DNA of 64,000 nt, from assembly GCF_964204645.1 (NCBI RefSeq), contig NC_134029.1:23492950-23556949 (forward strand), in the 5' to 3' direction. The translations under genes and the position numbers were made by a program. Source of the stretch: Tubulanus polymorphus (lineage: Eukaryota; Animalia; Nemertea). Of this stretch, positions 52,901-64,000 are shown piece by piece. Each line of letters starts with the position of its first letter. Within the stretch, counting starts at the first letter, position 1. The notes under the pieces were generated by a model. That model did not search any database and was not told the origin of the DNA. It saw only the letters and a list, made by a program, of their open reading frames with translations.

Positions 52901-54807
52901 CTGCAACTCGTAATTGTTTGTAATATTTGAAATTTGCGATAGTTTTATGAGTATATCAGTACTGGGTTTCTGCGATGAAGTAACGAAGCAATGAAACTGA
53001 TCGGCGCGTATGATATACCTGGGTATTTTTCTTACACGCAATGCTGTATAGACTTTTCTCCTTATTACTCAGTAAAAGTTGTCCGCCCACAGCCAGGAAG
53101 ATATCATTGATCGAAAGGAATATACCATGCTTTTCTCCCTTTTCGAGTTATAACACATTTAAATGAAGTTGTGGAATGAACCCATGCAGAAAATTGACAG
53201 ACATCTTAAACCGTAGCGTACAGTTAACCACGATCTACCGACAAAAGCCACTGGTATTTTTTGCACGAATCGTGAACAAAACGACGCAACTGTCACTACG
53301 TATAAAGATAATTGACAGTAACTACCCGCTATTCGCTAAATTCCGGTCTTCTATTTGGCTTATTACGGTCCACATAGCCGCCTACAGCCGTCGGCGAAGA
53401 CACAAAAATTCCGCTTTTTCACAGTTCAGAGGTCAAGGTTACTCATAAACGGTTTGCTATTCCTTCCCGACTGAGTGCTGAGGGACTTTCTTATTTCAGT
53501 TCTTCTCTGCTCGAAAAACTGAAGGTTTCAAGTCGAGTTTCCTTTATCGATTCGAATATCTTATATAACGAGACCCAGTACGAAAAAAGGTATGTTGAGT
53601 CGAAAATTCAAGCACGATCACAGATCTAGGTCTTCTACACCACTTGTCATTTAGTGCTTTCTAGCATATATAGAAACTGTACGCGTAGAAGCGTCGATTT
53701 TCTGCTTTATAAATGGAATGAACGTCGAGTGTCTCCATCGCTTAATACATCGCGAAACGTAAGTATATGAAACTAGATATACATTTCAGTGAATTCGTGA
53801 ATCATCGGAATCGTAATGTTATTCGAGGTGTTTACGTTCACCGAATAAGAAAACACTATTTTTTGTTACCTCTCGCAATTGACAGCTTGCAACTCCAACT
53901 TTCACTGAGCGTGGTGCGGACTCGTGTTTCTTCAATCCACTGTAGATGATCACATTAGACGCGTTATCAAATTCCATTGTATGAGAGAAAAATTCTACGA
54001 AAGTCCATGGGCAACTTTTCAGATATAAACAGCCTTTGCGCAGTCAAAATGTCAAGGATCGTTTGAATATAAGAACGTATCATATTCTTGCCAATTTGTC
54101 TAAATAAGGGAATAAGGCTGACTCAGTTGGAAGGTTGTGTTTATAGAGTGTAGGTGTAAATGTTACATTTAAGCCGTGATTTAGTAACAACATGTTGAAT
54201 CATACTTCACGCATAAACGTCTTTATTTGTGTTCGCGAAGGAATCCATACTGAGCACTTCGAGGTGGAATGACAAACAATTCTCTTAAATTCCCTGAACG
54301 AAACTTCCTGTCAATAACAGCATCTGAATTCGATAAACGAATATGCAATATCATGAAGTTTTATTTTTGACGGTAAGCCATTGCTTGATGTATGTTTTTA
54401 TGAAAGCGTGAATATTACATTTCCAGGTCAATAAACATGTTTCAGTGACGCCGGCTCATAGCTGCTGCCTGTAGCGACCTTCTCATCTTTTCTTTTTACA
54501 AGTTTTAAGCGCAAGAAACTTTCTGTCACTGAGGTTCAATAAACGTGTAAAGTTCCTCGAGCTTTACTAACGACGGGGTTACCTTTGATCAGTGATCATC
54601 GTTATGAACTTACTTCAAGTGCTACACTTCGACATTCGCTGACCTTTTTTGTGGTATATTATTTTTGATATCGTTTACGAGTTTTCTCCCAATTTTATAT
54701 CATTTCAGATAATTTCCGCCAATTCAAGATGGCGGAGGAATGGTATCAGATTTTGACCGTAGTATCGTCGTTTCTCGCTAGTTCCCGCCCGCAGACGACC
54801 ACGGAAA

Positions 54808-55425
54808 ATGGCCTACAAGGTATTGCTCAACGAAAGCTTTCTAGACGAAGCCGCGGTCAACGTTCATAAAACTGCTAGAAATATAAACGTGATAACAGAA
54901 ATCGTCGATAGATATTCCGAATACTCAGTCGCTATCAAGGACTCGGAGAATATGGATATCCCGCGACCACAAGGCGGTGAACCCGGTGAGATACCCACCG
55001 CGCCACCGAAATTCGACAACGTGTCGCTTGTGAAAACTGTCGTTCTCACAATTATGTTCATTCTATCTCTAATCGGTAACTTAGTCACCGTTTATAAAAT
55101 GACGAGACATCGACAAAGATCGTCAACAATGAACACGTTGATTTTACAATTAGCTATAGCCGATTTGATCGTAACATTATTCTGCATAGCTACAGAGGCT
55201 GTCTGGCAAGCGACGATTCAGTGGTTTGCCGGAAATGTGATGTGCAAATTGATCAAGTTTCTAGAAGTATTCGGCTTGTATTTGTCGACATATATCCTAG
55301 TAATCATCAGTCTAGACCGGTGTTGCGCTATCTTAGACCCGATGAGTAGGAACCGAGCTCCACGACGCATTAGAATCATGATCATCATTGCTTGGGTGCT
55401 CAGCGTCCTGTTCAGTAGTCCACAG
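54808..55425 (+). CDS. CrzR: Corazonin/GnRH-type neuropeptide receptor, coding exon 1 (N-terminus to TM4)
   Basis: LSLIGN (TM1), LQLAIADLIVTLFC (TM2), WQATIQWFAGNVMCKLIKFLEVFGLYLSTYILVIISLDRCCAILDPM (EL1/TM3), AWVLSVLFSSPQ, then donor |GTAGGT. Exon acceptor at 54709. Confidence 0.88.
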
Positions 55426-55554
55426 GTAGGTAACCAACCCCCAATCCTTCCTAATTTGTTTTGCAGATTCATTAATAACAGCAAATGTAACTGGGTGTTT
55501 GTAGGTCAATTGCACGATTTGTTCAACTTTATCCGGCTTGGAAGCAAGCCTTAC

Positions 55555-55679
55555 CTTGAATTCATAAAATTTCACAACCGTCAAATTCACCTTTGCTGAT
55601 GTTTCAGCTTTGATTAAAGAACACGAAGCGTCAGCAGATGGTAAATTTGTCGGTTGTGATTTTATAACTTTACGAATTC
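55555..55679. repeat. Long imperfect inverted repeat (foldback) in receptor intron 1
   Basis: gaattcataaaatttcacaaccgtcaaattcacctttgctgatgtttc pairs with gaagcgtcagcagatggtaaatttgtcggttgtgatttataactttacgaattc. Confidence 0.7.
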
Positions 55680-58600
55680 ATCGCATCAACCGAATGAACA
55701 TATTCAAGGAAGCCTGGACTTATTCAAATGTTACAAGAAGCTGATAGAAAACGCATGATCGTTGCAGAATCATTTCATATACCGGAATCATCTTTTAATA
55801 ATGCATTATCTATGCAATAGTGATAAAAACTGCAACCTTTTTTAATGTAATATTCTTTTTGACGCTGACTGCTTATAACTCTATGTTTAACAACGTGGCA
55901 ATAGAAGACAAAGTTCTCGTTGATTGTGTAAGCCGGAACCTCTGGTAACTGACTTCCATTTCTTCTTACCGCTTAACCGTTAGATGTATTGCGACATCAA
56001 AGAACTGTATACAGCGGAGTTTAGCTCCAATTATGCTTCCCTCGGGAGTGGCGAATAGTATATAGATTTATTCACTTTCCATGAGATAGTTGGTCACTAT
56101 CGAAGAAGAGCATGCTGTATGTTGAACCTTTCAAAAATTTTTCCTGAAATTAACGCGAAACTAACTAAGTTGATATGAGATGAAGGTCTGTAGTTTTGAA
56201 AGGTTTCAGCTTCGATAACACGATGAAAGACGATCTACATTTCGTGTCAACGTTCTTTCAAAATGAACAGATAATGAAGTGGCCTTTAATCTATAGCTTA
56301 CATCAGATGGTGTTGAAAATCTACAGGAAAAGGTCAAAGATTCTTCGATCAATGTAAAATATAATTAGTGGAAAGAATTTAATTTGCAAGACACGTCATT
56401 CATGGTTCTAGTATAAGAATCGTTTATTATGTACTCTCAGCTGCGGTTATGTCGTCAAATCAAACATATGTCACCAAAGAACCATCTCCGCTATTGCCCA
56501 GATACGTGTTCGTCTGATCAACCGAGTGCAATGTCGTGTCGATGGAAAAACTGTATCGGGTGAAGTTTACATTGCCATACCATTGAAAGTAGTTTGACAT
56601 GAGCTACGCCCGTTTTTTATTTACCTGGCGTTCGTCAACTACAACTCAAAAGAACCTGCGCCTGTTTACTGAAGACAAATCCAACGCCGTATGAAGCAAT
56701 ATACAGAAAGAAAGAAATCCTTGGAAAAATCGGGAATCTCGGAAAGGAAATGAGGATCGGCCTTGTATGAGGAAAAAGCAATTAACAGTGTACGAAGGGG
56801 ATGAAAAACCAGTTCGGCGAGGTTAATTAAAAATGGCTTATCGCTTAACAGATCTAACATAAACAAGTTTATGAACGTACCTATCACCTGCCTGTGTATC
56901 AGCAGACAAGTTGCACTAGAGGAGACATTCACGGAGGGGAACAATAATAGTCTTTTATTGTCATCCTTTTCCGTGGCGACACTCAGTTGCGCGACACTGA
57001 CTTTTACAGGCGTTTCCTTCCCAGAAAATGCCAGACGATCATAGGTTCCTGTGAAAGCCGCGCGCGAGATACTTCTCACATCTAGTCAGCGGAAGCATCT
57101 TTTCAAAGAGAAATACTTGATTATCCAAAGCGCCCTGCGCAAAACGGAAACTTTTTATGAAAGATGTTGAGTGGCGCATTGCTCCGACATCAAAGACTAG
57201 ATTGAAAGAGGGAATGGGGGATGATTATCTATCATTTCTAGGTGTTTTAAACATCTGGATTACGCTCAGTAGTTCAGTATAATCCAACGCGCAATTTCGA
57301 GTTAGAAAACCGTGCGACGAAACCGATGATGTTGAATAATAGATGAACGCCTGATAATGAAAATCGGAATTTTCACTGAATTGATGTGAGGCAAATATTT
57401 AATCAAACATGCAGATTCACATTACAAGATTTAATGAGGCAACGAGAATTTGATTGATATTTGGATGCATCGCCTAATTTTCAATGCGTATTATTTTCAC
57501 TTCAGCATCCGTCTCGACTTTTTGCAAGGTATTTTTTTCACCCAGTCCTGGAAGTGGTTGTATCCATCTCCGTCGCTCGACGACCATAGTGCACAAACCA
57601 CCCAGACACGAGCATTCAAATTTACTTTTGCCAAACTGGTCGGCTTTTTAGCCGTGTTAAATCTGCGATATCTCGGCTAGTAAACAACCGATTTTGATGA
57701 ATGGGGATAATCTAATCTGACCTCATGACATTTTGCATTTGTTCATAATATCATCGTGGCGATGAAAAATTAGTGATCACTGCAGTAACGTCAGACAATA
57801 AGATTCTTGGTTGAAGGTGTTTCATGTTTGAATCGCGAGGCAAATTGCGGCTGAAGTTTACCTCCAAATAATATGACACGCATCTTTATAGATATGTAAT
57901 TGAATACGTATATAGATATGTTACAGAAGTAATAATTTTAATGAAGGCAGCAAAATGCTTGTAATAACGGGTCACCTTAGCGCGCACCGCTACAATCAAA
58001 TACACGCTCAAATTCATCCAAAAGAGAAATGAAAAATGAAATCAAAGAAAAAATTCTATATGTTATAATGGTGAAATCCAGAAATTGTGTTATTTTTAGT
58101 TTTATATTTAGAAAAAAGTTTATGTTTATAAAGAAGCAAAATATTGCTGTAACGAATCCGTGACCAACGAGTCCGATTGCTACTGTGCATCATTATCGGA
58201 TCAAAAAGAACTCAAAACTCTTCTTGCAGCGGCTTTCGAGTGGTGCATAGCTAGAGGCTTTTAACCGCGAGGGAAATCATACAAAACACTCAGTCGCCTA
58301 ATAATTACCCTTTACTTCGTCGTCAGCATGTAAAACACCGACAATCAAGCCCTTGAAATCACTACGGGCCAATTTACGAATTTATACGTGATGTTAACAA
58401 GCGAAAACAACCCTATAAAACTTTTTTCTAACATCTACTTTACTCTACCACTAACCGTTTGAATAAGTCCATATGACCCGAACGAAAAGTCAATAACTCC
58501 CGAATGGAACGATAAGGTAAAACAGTGAATAAAAATCAGCACCTGACTGGGTGACTGGCTCATGAGAGGCATCAATCAGTGTAATGTGAATTTGGATAAT

Positions 58601-61600
58601 GATTTAATTATGGATTGACTTCGTAAAGTTGCAATATCTCTTTGACTTATCAGTTTCATTTGGCATCTGAAGAAATTTGTCAGCTACAAATTATAGATTA
58701 AAGCGGGTGTATCATTGTTAGTATTTAGAGTCCGAGGTTCGATGACGTTTTTAAATCTTGAAATATGGTATTCTTCTCTTATTTGATTTGATTGCGGAAT
58801 CTGAAATCGAAGTACAGATGTAATTGAATGATCGGTCGAATTTACGGAGGTTTTTTTTTCCAAAATCTAAGTACTCCATTGGAAATTTCAGTCCCGGTTC
58901 GTGTTGTAAACAATCTTCAATCAAGCCTGAACCTGCAAACGACTGATTGGGGTTGAAGTTGTATGCATCAACAAAAGTAGGTTTGCTCAACAAACACGTT
59001 ACACCCGTGAAATGACCAAACGTTATTTATGTGTCATTTGAAATCATAGAACGTTCGTGTGTAGAGGTGAATTATTGAATTATTACTGATGTGATTACGG
59101 TGGCCCAGGAGTGTGTGTCGGCCCATTACCGTTTCACCTCTAGGGCAGTTTCTGCATTACACGATGCCCTTGACAAATTGATAATGCAGATATTTTTAAC
59201 ATCAAAGACCAGAAAGTTGCAAGTAATTTTTGTCGTGTCTGATTGCGTTAATGGTTGACTTTCTTTCATCTTTGTGTAGTTGGAAACAACCTACTGCCAA
59301 ATCCGAGAAACCGACTACTCTGTAGACACTTCATGAATTAAACTCTCAATTGATCATTTTTCTCATATTATCTCTCATTCTGCTAAACTTCACTTTATCT
59401 TAACGCTCATGCAGTCTGATATGACACCTGCCTATGTTTAGAGTTATAATTGATTGTGATTTTGCGTATCAAATAAATGCGACGGTCTAAAGTTCCAAGG
59501 CTTTAGTAATATGAGCTATTTTTCATTTGATTTCATACCCGATCTAATCAGAATCACCAAACTAATTTCTGAAATGAGACATGCAGTTCGTGCTGTAGGG
59601 CTACACACAACTGCTTCGAAACAAAAACGGGTTGATACGCTGAAGGCCAACTACAAAAGGATTTGATTATTCAGAATCATATGCGCTTAAGAGGTTGTTA
59701 TTTTAGCTTTAAATCCGAAATTAATAATCTTCAAATGCAATCTATGACGGGCAATGAACAAGTCGCGTTGGATCTGTAGAATGATTCATTTTTACAAGGC
59801 GATTATCTGTGAACACACTGTTATTAGAATTGATTCATGTCTTTCACAGCAGCAGCCGATATTACATCATCAAGGCTGTACCGTACTGAACGGATATAGA
59901 CACACGACTTGAAGCGGATTTTGATTAAACTTCAGAAAGTTATTTCATACCCGAGGGATATCGATAATTAAAACTGTGCTGCGTGTTTCGTCGCATGCCA
60001 TTCCATAATCAGGAATTTAGAATTCGAGCATCGCTGAATCTTTCTTTTGATTTTTTGATTTGTTTTCGTTGTCTTTCGGTCGGAATGATGACCTTGAAAA
60101 TTTGCATGCGTTTTTTTTTTCCTAATATTTTTCCACATTCAAATGATTCAGTTGCCCGTCCATAGCCTACGACCCCCGGCAGTAAATTCATTTTCATTCG
60201 CGAAATCTCAATATTGGTTCTACAGGACGCCTTTAGGAGAAAAACAGTATTTCAAATTGCAACCGATGAGGAATGAAAATGACATTGATTTGATACAACG
60301 ACCTTTGATGCAGTTGTCTGTGTATAGTTTCGTGACAGCCATTGATTGCTGCGACAAAAACACTTCTATTTCATTTATTGGTGCCATGTTTTATTACAAT
60401 TAAAGTTGGAGTAAGTACCAATAGAATTTTGCTGCACGTTGTTGAGTATTTGTGGGAAAGGGTTTTTAAAATGTTTGATCTTTTTATCTAAAAAGGGAAT
60501 TTTTTTACCGGGCACCAAAAAGCTGTTAGTTAAAACGGTATCAACAGTCACCCAGAAATAAAAAGTCTAAGCGAAGCTTCCTCGGATATTTCTAAATATT
60601 GGATTCGAAAAAAAAACTGAACGAGATAAAAAGTGATATTTTTCTCTCGTGATATGATAAAATGAATCTATGATAGAATGTTCGAATAAGGGTCCAATTT
60701 GTGATCAAGAGTGCATCACTGACGAGATGACCCGATCTCGGGTCGTCTGATAATAGAAAAAATTTATTCATTATCTATGGATAATTGGATGATTCTGTCA
60801 ATTATCCCTGGATAATGAATACATTGTGTGTATCAAAGTCAGTCCGAGTTTTAGCACTGCAGGAATATAAGATCCAGTGGTGTGATCTTTATGATCACTA
60901 AACCTAAGGCACCTTTCCCGGGGATTACCTGTTTATGTACGTTTTCATACAGACATTCTTCATCTACTAGCTCAATATATATTTCTTTTACCTTGATAAA
61001 TGCCATCGAACGCCCCAAACGGCTTAGGCAGAATTATCTGCATCAATTGACAATGTAACCTTTCTCGCGATTGAGCCGGTAGTTGGCGAAGCCATTTTTC
61101 TTACATGTTGCGATGTGATCGAGCGTCACACCCAAATACTGTAAACGGATTTTCTCCGCAAGAAAAACGTGAATTTGACATCGGCATCGATTCCTGAACA
61201 CAAGATGTGATTTGTTAATTTTCCCGATGAAGCGTGATTTTTTTCTCATATTATTTATGTAAAAATCATCGACAAATCTATCGTTAATTTGCTGCCAGTA
61301 CCAGGTGCTTTTCTTTCGGCACGAATTGATAACCGTCACGTCCTTAATAACTCTCACAAATCAAACTTGTTCTTCCTAATGTAAACAGAAACTGAAAGAA
61401 AGACAATATTTGCCGTTGATTCTGTAAACCGTGAACTGTACACAGTTCGGCGACTCGCTGCTCGCTTTACTTCCGCTCTAACACCCATCATATTCCGTAG
61501 GGAAACAAATCAGTATTTTCGATAAAATCACTATAATACTTACATCAAATCAGTATCAGTACACGCTATCATTTTACAATGCGCGTTTAAAAGTCGTGAA

Positions 61601-61630
61601 TATGAAGTTTTCGTTTTTATTTTATTGTAG

Positions 61631-61838
61631 ATGGTGATTTTCAGCGTACATCGCGGACCGTGGAAAGACGAATTCTATCAGTGTATGGTCATACCTCATA
61701 TCTCCTACTCGCACGAGTGGCAGGCGAAGGCCTATACCCTTGCCACACTGATGTTGATGTTTATCGTTCCGCTGCTGATCATGATTATAGCTTATGCCTT
61801 GATTTTTATCACTATTGCCAGAAAGTCGAAGGATATCG
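61631..61838 (+). CDS. CrzR: Corazonin/GnRH-type receptor, coding exon 2 (EL2 to TM5)
   Basis: Acceptor ttgtag|, then MVIFSVHRGPWKDEFYQC (corazonin-receptor-like GPF.E.F.QC) and TM5 LMFIVPLLIMIIAYALIF. Phase-1 donor G|GTAAGG. Confidence 0.9.
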
Positions 61839-63393
61839 GTAAGGTTTCGATCTATCTTGTAGAGTTTGTCATTCGCCAAAACATAGATCTTCAATGCATA
61901 TTTTTGCCTTGGAGGAGCGCCGCGTTTGAACCTTTGTTTGACGATGGAATTACTGCGCTATACAAATTAACATTATTATCACCATTATTATTATCTGATC
62001 GCCAATCTAAAACATTTCATATACGATTACCTTCTGAATATGAAATCTGACAGAGTTTCTTGGTCAAGGGTTCTTCTCTGGTCTCTCCCCCATTGGGAAA
62101 AAGAAACATCGAACCCGCTTATAATGCCCGGCGTGGCGCTTAGCGGGTTGAGGGTGTTAAAATTTAAAAAAAATGAAAAAAATATATAAAATCTGAACAG
62201 ATAACGTTTTTCGCTGATTAAGATTCATAGCCCTCCATAAATCTGTGAGGTTACGTTTGCCAACTTGTTGACAAAAGAAATTGCCAGATACGCCGGTTGG
62301 TCTGATTACGCAACATTGATCGTAATCATTACGGCAGTAAATTGTTTTAGACGTGAGTCTTGTCGCTATAGTTGGACAGGAAAAGTGATGCATTTCACTC
62401 GCGCAGACCTTTAATAAACAACGCTAACCGTGCGCTCAATGATTGAGGCATCGCGGCTATCGCGCCGTGAAGCCGGATTGACGCGTAAAGTGCTTGTATC
62501 AAACAGAATCTTAGCAGCAATTTTAACGAATGCATTGACGAAGCCAGTTATAGAAGCCGACAGACGACAAGGCATTTCACAGTCTTCTCATTTAATCAGT
62601 TATATATTTCTGTCACAAATGTCTGAATGAATTAGGATGATACAAATTCTATATCGGTGATATGTAGCATTATTGATGATAATAATCCACGTGGATTTGC
62701 GACCTTCGTATATTTTCGATGAAGAAATTAAATAAAAGAAAACCGCAATTTTGTCGAATGTCGACTTCATCCAACAAATCCTGGGGCCAGTTTCATAGTC
62801 AAGTCTTGCACTTAAAGACCTACATATATGATAAGCCAATCAAACAAGATACCATCGAGTATTAGGATTTAAGATGGCTGTAAGTCACAACTTTGGAAGA
62901 CAAACGTTTGATAAATCTTTAAGATAAAGTTTTTAAAAACAAGCGTAAAACCGGGCTGAGCAGGTAAACTATTTTGGAAAACTTTACGGTGACGTCAGAT
63001 TAGTCCTTTTATGAACACATTCGACATTTTCATGTTGTGGAATAGTTGTTTTTGATTTGTTAATGCCTGTATCGGCTGTATTGCTTAAGCGTCACGTATA
63101 TCACATTAATGACGTACACCAATAAAAAATGTCGCTCATTTGGGAATTAAAGGTCATTAACTATAGCTCCAATGGGTTGGGTCGGGGAGCATATTGGCTG
63201 ACAACCATCGTGCTCAGAATCAATATGTGAAACTAGGAGAAAAAGGTAATAAATTACGTAAGCCGTGTACGATTATCTCGGGCAATACGCGGAAAACACT
63301 GGCAGAGTTTTAGATATGATTTATATTTGTTGCAATGAAATATCCGAAAAAGGATGATCGTATTCAACTTACTGAACGAATCTATTTTTTCAG

Positions 63394-63682
63394 AGTCTGA
63401 GAGCAGAAGTACGGAGGATATGTTACGAGGCCGTGTGCGAAGTCATCTTCTACGTCGAGCTAAATCTAAATCGCTGAAGATGACCGCAGTGATCGTGGCC
63501 GCGTTTATTATCTGTTGGACTCCGTATTTTGTCACTTATTTGTGCTTCACGTTTTCGCCGGATATCGCCAATGAACTCGGTGATACGGTATTTCTGTGGA
63601 TATTCGTATCTGGAATGAGTAACAGTGCCATTAATCCCTTAATCTACGGTGCCTTCCACGTGTGCAGGAAACGGAAACGAAG
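63394..63682 (+). CDS. CrzR: Corazonin/GnRH-type receptor, coding exon 3 (IL3 to TM7). Probably spliced at 63682 to an exon beyond the window; read-through stop at 63764.
   Basis: Phase-1 acceptor ttttcag|AG. LLRRAKSKSLKMTAVIVAAFIICWTPYF (TM6) and GMSNSAINPLIYGAFHV (TM7, typical of the corazonin-receptor clade). Donor AG|GTCAGT. Confidence 0.9.
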
Positions 63683-64000
63683 GTCAGTGGTGATCCGCTC
63701 TCCAGATTATCAAATGAAAATCTATATGCAAATTAGCTTGGACCTCCTTAGCCCCCCAGACTGAACGCAAGGGGGTGAAAGGTACTTCCGACTTTTCTGT
63801 TTATTTTTGGTTTGAGTTGCGATCTAACCTTTAGTAACGACGGTATCAGGTTTAAACTGATCATTATATTTCGTTTTATATTCTGCCAACAATTTCGCCA
63901 TACACAAAATTGAATCATGGACGTTTGAATCACTAACATTCAAACGAACGATTTCACGTTGAACAATTTATTGTAGAGATTTGACGAACGAGTTTGATCC

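Noticed and set aside
56666-57079. 137-aa minus-strand ORF inside the receptor intron
   Set aside because: Non-ATG start and no recognisable protein features.
60719-60753. CUGACGA followed by a 10-bp hairpin (GATGACCCGA-TC-TCGGGTCGTC), hammerhead-like
   Set aside because: The stem is followed by UGAU instead of GAAA, and I could not build helix I or III.

Overview
This is intron-rich animal genomic DNA (AT-rich, CpG not visibly depleted). It is probably a bilaterian invertebrate, and lophotrochozoan is an inference. Gene models were built by hand from GT/GC-AG splice sites with consistent phases. In order: (1) first coding exon of a rhodopsin-class GPCR (-); (2) a 9-exon, divergent gamma-glutamyl hydrolase (GGH)-like gene (+) with a GC-AG first intron, no signal peptide and a C-terminal extension; (3) a 5-exon CLN5 (+); (4) a 7-exon class I Rab11-FIP-like gene (-); (5) a 2-exon uncharacterised gene of about 583 aa (-); (6) about 28 kb of gene-poor DNA with MITEs, a 20-bp minisatellite, a possible decayed gene and probable 5'UTR exons; (7) a corazonin/GnRH-type receptor (+) that probably continues past the window end. 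The best novelty candidate is gene 4. It has an N-terminal C2 domain and a C-terminal Rab11-binding (FIP-RBD) domain, with a Sec5/EXOC2-type IPT domain between them that keeps the equivalents of the RalA-contact residues T11 and R27. This suggests a possible single-chain Rab11/Ral adaptor. Other observations are an overlapping uORF (or a 1-nt frameshift) at the receptor start, several degenerate Penelope-type hammerhead motifs, and a perfect hairpin just before the CLN5 ATG. All homology calls are by eye from remembered family sequences; no database search was run.
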